Assembly: GCA_949096025.1 (NCBI GenBank)
Contig: CARXKP010000005.1
Location: 1-52,410, forward strand
Reading direction: 5' to 3'
From: an uncultured Eubacteriales bacterium
Lineage (GTDB): Bacteria > Bacillota > Clostridia > Christensenellales > UBA1242
Length of the DNA: 52,410 nt
Position 1 is the stretch's first letter, and each line of letters begins with the position of its first letter. A program made the translations under genes and the position numbers. Under the pieces are notes generated by a model that saw nothing but the letters and a program-made list of their open reading frames with translations, did no database searches and was not told the DNA's origin. Shown here one piece after another: positions 1 through 7,659 of the stretch.

Positions 1-69
1 TGGCTTGGAATAGGTGGAAAGAAACTTACTGAAAGTGATATAATTAACCTAGGATATGTTAAATCTTAA
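1..69 (+). CDS. 3-prime end of an unidentified gene (partial, enters from window edge)
   Basis: Frame 1 is open from base 1 to TAA at 67-69 (..WLGIGGKKLTESDIINLGYVKS*). A hairpin terminator follows directly. Confidence 0.35.
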   Translation, partial: WLGIGGKKLTESDIINLGYVKS

Positions 70-74
70 CAAAA

Positions 75-100
75 AGCGTCTAAATTGGACGCTTTTTTTG
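75..100 (+). terminator. Rho-independent terminator
   Basis: agcgtc / gacgct stem followed by a T-run (93-99). Confidence 0.6.
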
Positions 101-184
101 TCAAAAATGGTTAATTTATAAAAATTGAAACTTTAATATATATTTTTAAATTTTAAAGTAAACAAAATAAATTTTGCATTTTTA

Positions 185-213
185 TTGACAAACAGATGAA
201 AAATGAGTAAAAT
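185..213 (+). promoter_or_regulatory. Sigma-A-type promoter of the aspS leader
   Basis: TTGACA (185-190), 17 nt spacer, TAAAAT (208-213). Confidence 0.5.
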
Positions 214-219
214 TTTCTT

Positions 220-417
220 GAAAACGATGAAAAAGAGAGTAGTTTTATACTTTGTTTTCCAGAGAGGCAGGAGGGTGGAAACTGCTATGCAAGTTGAAAT
301 GAAGGACACTTTGGAGTTTGACAACTTTAATTTTAAAGAGGCTCGCTTGAGCAAGTTAGGTGGCACCGCGGATAATTAATTCGTCCTAATGTAATTTTTA
401 CATTGGGGCGTTTTTTT
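220..417 (+). promoter_or_regulatory. T-box leader (tRNA-sensing transcription attenuator)
   Basis: AGAGA-type elements at 233-238 and 260-265. T-box sequence aagttaGGTGGcACCGCG at 353-370. Terminator stem 382-393/399-410 with two G-U pairs, then T7 at 411-417. Lies directly upstream of an aminoacyl-tRNA synthetase gene. Confidence 0.8.
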
Positions 418-447
418 GTGTATAGCCCCAAACTAAAGGAGGCAAAA

Positions 448-1728
448 ATGACTACACAAATTTCAAATTTAAAAGAAGGAGCAGTGCGTTTTCAGGGTAT
501 GATAGATGTTGTTCGCGATAAGAAGAACATTCAATTTATAGTACTTAAAGACTTTTCAGGTAAAATTCAAGTTACTGTTGATAAGGTAGAACATCCAGAA
601 GTTGGAGAGGTTTTCTCTCATCTTCTTACAGGGGCAACAGTTATTGTAGAAGGCAATCTTGTAAAAAGCGAATATGTAAAACTTGGAGGACAGGAAGTTC
701 TTGCTGAAAAGGTAGAGGTTACTTCTACTGCAGAAGCCTATCCTATTGGACCAGAAAGCAGTATTGACCAAAGACTTGACTATCGTTGGCTTGACTTAAG
801 ACAGGACAAAAACTTACTCTTATTTAAAGTGGAAACTCTACTTAACAATTCTATGAGAGAATTTTTGAATGAAAGAGAATTTGTTGAAATTCACACTCCA
901 AAACTTATTGCTACTGCTTCTGAAAGTGGTTCAGAGGTTTTTGAAGTAAAATATTTTGATGATAAGGCATATCTTGCTCAAAGTCCACAGTTCTACAAAC
1001 AAATGGCTCAAGCAGGTGGTTTTGGCAGAGTTTATGAAGTTGCTCCAGTTTTCCGTGCTGAAAAATCTCATACTAGAAAGCATACTACTGAATTTACTAG
1101 TTTTGACCTTGAGTTTTCTTGGATAGATAGTTATGAAGATGTAATGAAACTTGAAGAGGAAATGCTTGAATATGCTCTTAGAAAGGTAAAGGAAAGATAT
1201 GGTGATGAAATAAAAGAGGTCTTTGGAGTTGAAGTTGTTGTGCCTACTCTTCCTTTTCCGCGCATTAGACTTGCAGATCTTTACGATGAACTTGAAAAGC
1301 GTTATGGCTATAAATGCGAAGAAGAGAAAGATGACCTTTCAACTGAAGGTGAAAGGCTTTGTCGTCAATATGCTCAAGATGTGTATGGTCACGAATTTTT
1401 GTTTGTAACTGATTATGGTGCAAGCAAGCGTGCATTCTATCATCTTCGTAAAGACGGAATTCCACAAGGATATGACCTTATTTGGAAAGGAGTTGAAATT
1501 ACAACAGGTGCTCAAAGAGAACATAGATATGAAATTCTTAAACGACAAGCAGAAGAAAAGGGACTTGATAAAGATGTTGAATTTTATCTTCAATTCTTCA
1601 AATATGGTTGTCCTCCACACGGTGGTTTTGCAATCGGGCTTGATAGAATGATTTTGAATTTACTTGAACTTCCATCTTTAAAGGAAACTATGTTTATTTT
1701 CCGTAGTCCTGAGCGTATTACTCCATAA
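448..1728 (+). CDS. aspS: Aspartyl-tRNA synthetase, short archaeal/type-2 form
   Basis: Class II motifs QSPQFYKQ, VFRAEKSHTRKHTTEF and GGFAIGLDR, with C-terminal ..RITP. ATG 448 is preceded by AAAGGAGG (435-442). The track start at 403 lies inside the leader terminator, so it was rejected. Confidence 0.9.
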   Translation: MTTQISNLKEGAVRFQGMIDVVRDKKNIQFIVLKDFSGKIQVTVDKVEHPEVGEVFSHLLTGATVIVEGNLVKSEYVKLGGQEVLAEKVEVTSTAEAYPIGPESSIDQRLDYRWLDLRQDKNLLLFKVETLLNNSMREFLNEREFVEIHTPKLIATASESGSEVFEVKYFDDKAYLAQSPQFYKQMAQAGGFGRVYEVAPVFRAEKSHTRKHTTEFTSFDLEFSWIDSYEDVMKLEEEMLEYALRKVKERYGDEIKEVFGVEVVVPTLPFPRIRLADLYDELEKRYGYKCEEEKDDLSTEGERLCRQYAQDVYGHEFLFVTDYGASKRAFYHLRKDGIPQGYDLIWKGVEITTGAQREHRYEILKRQAEEKGLDKDVEFYLQFFKYGCPPHGGFAIGLDRMILNLLELPSLKETMFIFRSPERITP

Positions 1729-1749
1729 TATAAAGGTGAATTTATTTAA

Positions 1750-1787
1750 ACAGAATGAACAATAAACTTTGACATTCTGTTTTTTTT
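1750..1787 (+). terminator. Rho-independent terminator after aspS
   Basis: acagaatg (1750-1757) pairs with cattctgt (1773-1780), followed by T7. Confidence 0.7.
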
Positions 1788-1797
1788 ATGGTATCAT
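1769..1797 (+). promoter_or_regulatory. Candidate extended -10 promoter for the 1837-5762 gene block
   Basis: TTGACA (1769-1774), 17 nt spacer, TGgTATCAT (1789-1797). Overlaps the aspS terminator. Confidence 0.45.
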
Positions 1798-1836
1798 ATT
1801 TTTGAATATTTAAAGTTACATTTGGGGAGGTTTATA

Positions 1837-2250
1837 GTGGACGAAAATTTGAAAAAGAAATTAAATGGTTTATTGAAAAGCAATAAAGATTGGCCTATCA
1901 TAATTGAGGGGGATATAAAGGAAGAGGATTTTCTCAATGCAACTTTTCTTCCTGCAAAAACTCCTTCTGCAAAACTTGGTATTATAAATGATGCCAAAGG
2001 ACTTATTAAACCTAACTGGGTTAAATCACTTGATGCAAAAAAAGATGAAAAGGTTAATTTACTTGTTATTTCTGGACTTGATAAGATTTCTATGGACGAA
2101 CAAGTTAAATTTAGTGCTATTCTAGACACAAAAGCTCTAAATGGATATAAACTTCCTCAAAATTTACAAATTGTCATCTTGATTAATAAGGGAAATCGTG
2201 CTAAAATAAATAATGAGATACTTTCACTTTGTCTTTATTATACTGCTTGA
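1837..2250 (+). CDS. Hypothetical 137-aa protein, possible degenerate (Walker-less) AAA/MoxR-like core
   Basis: GTG 1837 lies 6 nt after GGGGAGG. The layout IIIEGDIKEED ... NLLVISGLDKISMDEQVKFSAILD ... LQIVILINKGN mirrors Walker A, Walker B and sensor-1 spacing of AAA_5/MoxR, but the catalytic residues are replaced. Confidence 0.45.
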   Translation: MDENLKKKLNGLLKSNKDWPIIIEGDIKEEDFLNATFLPAKTPSAKLGIINDAKGLIKPNWVKSLDAKKDEKVNLLVISGLDKISMDEQVKFSAILDTKALNGYKLPQNLQIVILINKGNRAKINNEILSLCLYYTA

Positions 2251-2314
2251 TAGAGTGTGATTTCTTTAGTTATTTATTTGGTATATTTTTTATATACGAG
2301 AAAGGCGGTTTATT

Positions 2315-4585
2315 ATGGGATTATTTAACGGCAAAAATGAAGAACTCGAAGACCTTAAAAGAGCTATGCTTAGAAAGTTCCCTTCACTTGGAACTACTGC
2401 TTCTGGACTAAAAATGAAAATGTCTAAATCAGTTCCTACTGCAGAAACTGACGGCGATACAGTTTATTTTAATCCAGACTTTTTGCATAGACTTACTTAT
2501 GATGAAAGAGTCTTTGCTATATCTCACGAAACTATGCACGTTGCTTTTAGGCATATTGATAGATTACAAAATCCAGATGGTACTATGAAAGATATGGCTA
2601 CTTGGAACCAAGCCACTGACGCTGTTATTAACCAAATTCTTAAGAATGAAGGTCTTGATATTAAACCTGGTTTTGTTAATATGCCTGACGCTATTAATAA
2701 GTCTGCTGAAGATATGTATCAAAAATTATATGCGGCTAAAAAAGCTAGACAACAACAGCAAGGTCAAAATGGTCAGCAACAACAAAAGCAAGGACAGGGG
2801 AAATCAAATAAACAACAACAAAATCAGGGAGAGGGACAATCACAGCAACAACAGGGCAGTTCTGGTCAAGGACAGTCAGATAAACAACAACAAAGCGGTC
2901 AAGGCCAAGGGCAGTCTAAAAATCAGCAACAAAATAGTTCTGGTCAAGGACAACAACAGCAAAGTCAGCAGCAATCAGGTGGTCAATCTCAAAATAATCA
3001 ACCTCAGTCTCAACAGCAAAATGGTCAGGGACAGTCACAACAACAAAATGGACAACAAGGTCAATCATCTCAAAATCAAAGTGGTTCTGGCTCTAGTGGG
3101 GCAGATCAACAAGATAGTAGCCAAAATCAAAATGGCGGTAATGGCAATCAAAATTCTAATCAGCGAAATGATCAACAAAGAGGGCAAGGACAGGAGGATA
3201 GTCAAGATCAAGACAATTTAGCAAATGAGCCTAATGATGGATTTGGTGACGAGCAAGATGATCAACCAACTCCTGAAAACCATAGTATGTGGGAAAAGGC
3301 TTTTGAAAGACACAAGAAAGAAGAAGAGAAGAGAAAACAAGAGCAAGAGAAGAAAAGACAGGAAGCTGAGAAGAAGAAAAAACAACAAGAAGAGAAAAAG
3401 AAACAGGAACAAGAAAAGAAAAAACAGGATAAAAAGCCAGAAGAGCAAGAACAAAATAATCAAGAAAATGACGGTGATGGTGAAAGCAATCCTGATAAAG
3501 AAAGTTATGACCAAGAAAAAGATAATTTTAGAAAAGAAGGTATAAAGAAGAACTCTCCTAGTGATGTTAAAAATAATCGTAATAATCAAGAAAGTGAAGA
3601 TGGCGAAAAAGGAGAACAAAACTCTGACGGCGAAAACAATGAAGATGGTGAAAATAATGAAGATAGCCAAAATGAAAACAAAAATAATGCTGAAAGAGAT
3701 AAAAGAAAAGACGACAAGAAAGATAAGAGTTCAAATGAAGAAAATGATCAGGATGACGATGATTCTGAGAGTGAGAATTCTTCGGGTCAGCAACAACAAA
3801 ATTTAGATGCTGAAATGGAGAAACTTGAAAAAGAATTTGCTGATTTAAATAAGGAACTTAGGAAAAAACTTGCGGATAAAGGAAGAAAGAAAATAAGAGA
3901 GCGTTCTTTTCAAGGTGGTAGTGAAGGTGGCCCAGGAGGAAATGTAGAAGGTGAGTTTGGAGAACTTGGGGAAGAAAAACCTATAATTTCTTGGAAAACT
4001 CTTTTAAAGAAATCATTTGAAAAGACTGAATATAGATGGAGTTATCGCCGTTCTAATAGAGATAACGGATATAGTGCAAGAATTGAAAGACTTGAAAATT
4101 ATGACCAGCCATCAACCGAAGTTATTGTTGATACCAGTTGCAGTATTAATGATGCTCTTTTAAGAGGCTTTCTTCGTCAGGTAAAAGCACTTCTTAAACA
4201 AGCTTATGGTAAAGAAGGTGGACCAAAGGAAACTCGACTTAGAATTGGATGTTTTGATGACTGTTTCCACGGATTTACAGAAATTAAAACTGCACACGAT
4301 ATTGATTATTATCATTTTGTTGGGCGAGGCGGTACTAATATTGATAGTGCTGTTCAAGCATTCACAAAGGATCCCAAAATTAATAAAATAATATTTACGG
4401 ATGGTGAGGATTATGGTTTCCCTCGTGGTGGCGACTATCACGATGTAAATTGTATTTATGTTATATTTGACAATCCTAATTTTACAGCGCCTAATGGAAA
4501 AACAATTTATGTAAGTAGTGCTGAAATTCTTAAAGATGCACAATCATTACTTGATGCAAAAAATGATGATATAGAACTTGAATAA
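2315..4585 (+). CDS. Putative metallopeptidase / vWA-like (DUF2201-type) protein with a giant low-complexity insert
   Basis: N-terminal TAETDGDTVYFNPDF..SHETMHVAFRH contains an HExxH zinc motif. C-terminal VIVDTSCSI ... GRGGTNIDSAV ... IIFTDGED is a vWA/MIDAS-like layout. About 350 aa of Q/G/S/N-, E/K- and D/E/N-rich sequence lies between them. Confidence 0.8.
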   Translation: MGLFNGKNEELEDLKRAMLRKFPSLGTTASGLKMKMSKSVPTAETDGDTVYFNPDFLHRLTYDERVFAISHETMHVAFRHIDRLQNPDGTMKDMATWNQATDAVINQILKNEGLDIKPGFVNMPDAINKSAEDMYQKLYAAKKARQQQQGQNGQQQQKQGQGKSNKQQQNQGEGQSQQQQGSSGQGQSDKQQQSGQGQGQSKNQQQNSSGQGQQQQSQQQSGGQSQNNQPQSQQQNGQGQSQQQNGQQGQSSQNQSGSGSSGADQQDSSQNQNGGNGNQNSNQRNDQQRGQGQEDSQDQDNLANEPNDGFGDEQDDQPTPENHSMWEKAFERHKKEEEKRKQEQEKKRQEAEKKKKQQEEKKKQEQEKKKQDKKPEEQEQNNQENDGDGESNPDKESYDQEKDNFRKEGIKKNSPSDVKNNRNNQESEDGEKGEQNSDGENNEDGENNEDSQNENKNNAERDKRKDDKKDKSSNEENDQDDDDSESENSSGQQQQNLDAEMEKLEKEFADLNKELRKKLADKGRKKIRERSFQGGSEGGPGGNVEGEFGELGEEKPIISWKTLLKKSFEKTEYRWSYRRSNRDNGYSARIERLENYDQPSTEVIVDTSCSINDALLRGFLRQVKALLKQAYGKEGGPKETRLRIGCFDDCFHGFTEIKTAHDIDYYHFVGRGGTNIDSAVQAFTKDPKINKIIFTDGEDYGFPRGGDYHDVNCIYVIFDNPNFTAPNGKTIYVSSAEILKDAQSLLDAKNDDIELE

Positions 4586-4590
4586 AACAA

Positions 4591-4619
4591 AATTGCTTGA
4601 GCAGTTAGCCCAAGCAATT
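4591..4619 (+). terminator. Hairpin (weak terminator or attenuator)
   Basis: aattgcttg / caagcaatt 9-bp stem with an 11-nt loop. The trailing T-run is poor. Confidence 0.35.
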
Positions 4620-4649
4620 TTAATGGAAAAATATTAAAAAGGGGAATCT

Positions 4650-5762
4650 ATGGATAAAAAAATCACAAAAATAGTACTTACTGGTGGTCCTTGCGGTGGT
4701 AAGTCTACTGGACTTAGCTGTATTGAAAAGGAAATGAGCAAACTTGGATATAAGGTAGTTATAATTAATGAGTCTGCAACAGAACTCACTTTAAATGGTC
4801 TATCGTATCCTGCCTATAATAATGATGGTTACCTTTTTGAAATTCCAATCGTTAAATTGCAAATTCTTAAGGAAAGGCTTTATGAGGAAAGTTGCAGATC
4901 TCTTCCTGACGATAAGATTTTACTTGTTTGTGATAGAGGAATTATGGATTGCAGTGCCTATGTTACCAAAGAGGAGTTTGATAAAATACTGAGTGATATA
5001 GGTGAGGATTATATAAAACTTCGTGATGATTATGATGGCGTTTTTCATCTTGTGACTTGTGCAAAAGGTGTAGAAGAATGTTATACTAAGGCAAACAATG
5101 CCGCAAGACGAGAAACAGCAGAAGAAGCAAGAGAGGTTGATGATATAATAATTAACTGTTGGACAGGTCATCCACATTTTAGAGTTATTGACAACTCAAC
5201 AGATTTTGAAGGGAAAATGGCAAGACTTATAAAGGAAATTTGTTCTTTACTCGGAGAACCAACTCCTTTTGAAATTGAACGTAAATTTCTTATTAAAAAG
5301 CCTGATCTTAAAAAACTTGAGAAATTACCGAACTGCAAGAAAGTTAACATCTTGCAAACATACCTTATTAGTGATGAAGGTGATGAAACAAGAGTAAGAC
5401 AACGTGGACTTAATGGTAGTTATATATACACTCTTACGACAAAAAGACAAATTTCTCCTATTAAACGTGTAGAATTTGAAAAACGTATCAATGAAAGACA
5501 ATATCTAACCTATATTGCAAATGCAGACCCTGATTTAAAACCTATTAGAAAGGATAGATATTGTCTTATGCAAAATGGTCAATATTTTGAGATAGATATT
5601 TACCCTTTTGCAAAGGAAAATGCTATTATGGAAATAGAACTTACGAGTGAAGACCAGGAAATTAAATTCCCTGAATTTGTGGAAGTTGTAAAAGAGGTTA
5701 CTGAAGATAAGGATTATTCAAATCATTCTCTTGCGATAAAAATTCCAAAAGATTTGCATTAA
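4650..5762 (+). CDS. P-loop NTPase (AAA_28/NadR-kinase-like) fused to a CYTH (triphosphate tunnel) domain
   Basis: Walker A LTGGPCGGKST near the N-terminus. The CYTH signature EIERKFLIK (ExExK) opens the C-terminal half at nt 5271. Confidence 0.75.
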   Translation: MDKKITKIVLTGGPCGGKSTGLSCIEKEMSKLGYKVVIINESATELTLNGLSYPAYNNDGYLFEIPIVKLQILKERLYEESCRSLPDDKILLVCDRGIMDCSAYVTKEEFDKILSDIGEDYIKLRDDYDGVFHLVTCAKGVEECYTKANNAARRETAEEAREVDDIIINCWTGHPHFRVIDNSTDFEGKMARLIKEICSLLGEPTPFEIERKFLIKKPDLKKLEKLPNCKKVNILQTYLISDEGDETRVRQRGLNGSYIYTLTTKRQISPIKRVEFEKRINERQYLTYIANADPDLKPIRKDRYCLMQNGQYFEIDIYPFAKENAIMEIELTSEDQEIKFPEFVEVVKEVTEDKDYSNHSLAIKIPKDLH

Positions 5763-5776
5763 TAAAAGGGGTTAAA

Positions 5777-6514
5777 ATGAAGATATTTTTACTTAGTGAA
5801 AGTATAATGAGCATATATGAAAATGGGATAAAGATAAAAAGCGAAATTGACAAAAATAATAGTTTTGCTGAAAACTTAACCAAAAGCATTTCTAGCTACG
5901 ACAGCTTCCTATTTATATGTAATAATAAACGCGCTTATGAGGCTAATGATAAAAGTGCAAAGATGATTTTTGATGCCTTGATAGACGGCGGTTATCCTTT
6001 TAAAGAATATTTTGTTCTTGATAAAAGAAGTCAAAAGGATGCAAAATCACTCATCGAAAAAGCAGGTTTTATCTATCTTCAGGGCGGAACTCTTCCAGGG
6101 CAACTTAAGTTTTTAAAGAAGATTAGGTTCAAAGAAAATATAAAAAATTCAAAGGCGGTAGTTGCAGGAAAGAGTGCAGGGGCGATGAATTTAGGAAGCG
6201 TTGTTTACGCATTTCCTGAAAAGACGATTGAAAAGTTTAAAAAGAGATTTTTAAAGGGACTTGGGTATTATGAGTATGTCATCATTCCGCATTTTAATTT
6301 AGATAAAAATGGATACGAGTTTGATGTGGGGATAGATTTAGTTAATAAATATTTTATTCCAAATAGCAGAGGTAGAAAATTCTATGCCCTTCCTCAAGGG
6401 AGTTATATATTCCTAGATGATGATAGACATTTCGCATTTGGTGAAACTTATATAATTGAAAATGGACAAATTAAAAAGATTTGTGAAAATGAGCAGTCAA
6501 TAGCGCTTAATTAA
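5777..6514 (+). CDS. Peptidase S51 (dipeptidase E / cyanophycinase-like) family protein
   Basis: IYLQGGT ... VVAGKSAGAM nucleophile-elbow motif and a later IIPHF. RBS AAAAGGGG lies upstream. Confidence 0.65.
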   Translation: MKIFLLSESIMSIYENGIKIKSEIDKNNSFAENLTKSISSYDSFLFICNNKRAYEANDKSAKMIFDALIDGGYPFKEYFVLDKRSQKDAKSLIEKAGFIYLQGGTLPGQLKFLKKIRFKENIKNSKAVVAGKSAGAMNLGSVVYAFPEKTIEKFKKRFLKGLGYYEYVIIPHFNLDKNGYEFDVGIDLVNKYFIPNSRGRKFYALPQGSYIFLDDDRHFAFGETYIIENGQIKKICENEQSIALN

Positions 6515-6549
6515 AACAAAAAATGCAAGAGCAATCTTGCATTTTTTTA
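6515..6549. terminator. Bidirectional terminator
   Basis: atgcaaga / tcttgcat stem (6523-6542) flanked by an A-run and a T-run, between convergent genes. Confidence 0.65.
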
Positions 6550-7524
6550 TGTATCATCCTTAGGCTTATCTAAATTTGTGTTTTGGTTGTCAACTATTTC
6601 TATCTTTGTTTCTTCGTTTTGTGAGGAAGGAGATAATATATCTTTTTCTATTTTCTCATCATCGTTATTTTCTTCTTTTGTACTATTTTCTGGTGATTGA
6701 GAAACATTTTTATGTTCTTTTATGTACTTGTTCCATTTAATATAACCATAAGTGGTATTTGTTAAGTAGCCTGCCTTTAACACAAGAAGTACCCATTGTC
6801 CTGCCATAATATTTATTGCTATTTCTAGAAAAGTGCAGATATACCAAGCTATCCATTGTTCTTGATATCTAAACAAGATAAATAATCCATTTGCAATACC
6901 AACCGCACTAGCACAGGCATCAATATAACATACTGCTTTTTCAAGTTTAGGAGAGTTAGATAAAATTCCTGCCTCTGTATCAATAAGGGTGAGAAGAGTT
7001 CCGACAACCACAGTCCAAACAACAATTCCTGCAATAACGGCTACCTCTTGCCAGCCTTTAAGCTTTCTTACTTCGGTAATTTCGGCTTCCTTTTTATCAG
7101 GGTGCCTATGCCACATTATAAAGCTAATAATATCCACAGGTATCCAGAAGAATATAGTAGCTGCCATTGTTGCAAATCTATAAGCACAAACTATACAAAT
7201 AGCAATTTCAGTAAATTCAACTATTAGCGAAACTAAGAAATTGTATTTAGATTGTTTTGATATAAGAAGTTCGCAAAGAATATTGCTAAAGATATCAACA
7301 AGGTAAAGTACCATTATAACTTTGCCATTAACTCCTCCAATATCTTCTTCAGGAAAAACAAATGCAAAGACAAAGGCAAGTATGGTTATTGATAAAAACC
7401 ACAGTTTTTCATATAGAGTAAAATACTTCCAAACCTTAATAGTCCAATTTTTAGTTGCGTTCCACGCTTTAACAATAACGTTTTTCATTTTAGTCCAAAA
7501 ATTAATATCTTTTGTTTCGTTCAT
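6547..7524 (-). CDS. pnuC: Nicotinamide riboside transporter PnuC with an acidic low-complexity C-terminal tail
   Basis: Multi-TM protein with PnuC-like segments (FWIPVDIISFIMW, QWIAWYICTFLEIAINIM, YGYIKWNKY). Start moved to ATG at 7524, preceded by AAAGGAAAAG. The track's 42-aa N-terminal extension has no RBS. Confidence 0.75.
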   Translation of the reverse strand: MNETKDINFWTKMKNVIVKAWNATKNWTIKVWKYFTLYEKLWFLSITILAFVFAFVFPEEDIGGVNGKVIMVLYLVDIFSNILCELLISKQSKYNFLVSLIVEFTEIAICIVCAYRFATMAATIFFWIPVDIISFIMWHRHPDKKEAEITEVRKLKGWQEVAVIAGIVVWTVVVGTLLTLIDTEAGILSNSPKLEKAVCYIDACASAVGIANGLFILFRYQEQWIAWYICTFLEIAINIMAGQWVLLVLKAGYLTNTTYGYIKWNKYIKEHKNVSQSPENSTKEENNDDEKIEKDILSPSSQNEETKIEIVDNQNTNLDKPKDDT

Positions 7525-7549
7525 AACTTTTCCTTTAACGCAAGGATAA

Positions 7550-7578
7550 ATTTTAATTATTTTAAAAGTTTTTGTCAA
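7550..7578 (-). promoter_or_regulatory. Candidate pnuC promoter
   Basis: On the minus strand: TTGACA, 17 nt spacer, TAAAAT. The leader is short, with no room for a riboswitch. Confidence 0.45.
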
Positions 7579-7659
7579 GAAAAATGGGTTATTAAATAAA
7601 ACAATTAAAGAGGTGATTTTATTTTGAATAGTTTTATTTCCTTTTGACACAATAATCGT

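Noticed and set aside
133-366. 77-aa minus-strand ORF upstream of aspS.
   Set aside because: It lies antisense to the T-box leader and promoter. Its composition is AT-driven (K/L/F/I-rich) and it has no RBS.
403-447. N-terminal extension of aspS from the track start (TTG 403).
   Set aside because: It starts inside the leader terminator stem and U-tract. ATG 448 has a perfect AAAGGAGG RBS.
2745-3200. CAA/CAG/GGT-rich repetitive DNA considered as a CRISPR array or tandem repeat.
   Set aside because: There is no repeat-spacer periodicity. It is imperfect codon-level repetition encoding the Q/G/S/N tract.
2646-3806. Alternative-frame ORFs (2646-3221, 3225-3545, 3561-3806) and the antisense ORF 3218-3670.
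   Set aside because: They arise from low-complexity, repeat-like DNA inside the 756-aa gene and give K/N/I-rich or F/L-rich nonsense. The main frame connects two recognisable domains.
6547-7650. The full 367-aa version of the pnuC ORF.
   Set aside because: The first 42 codons cover the promoter region and have no RBS. ATG at 7524 has an RBS, and the PnuC-like sequence starts soon after it.
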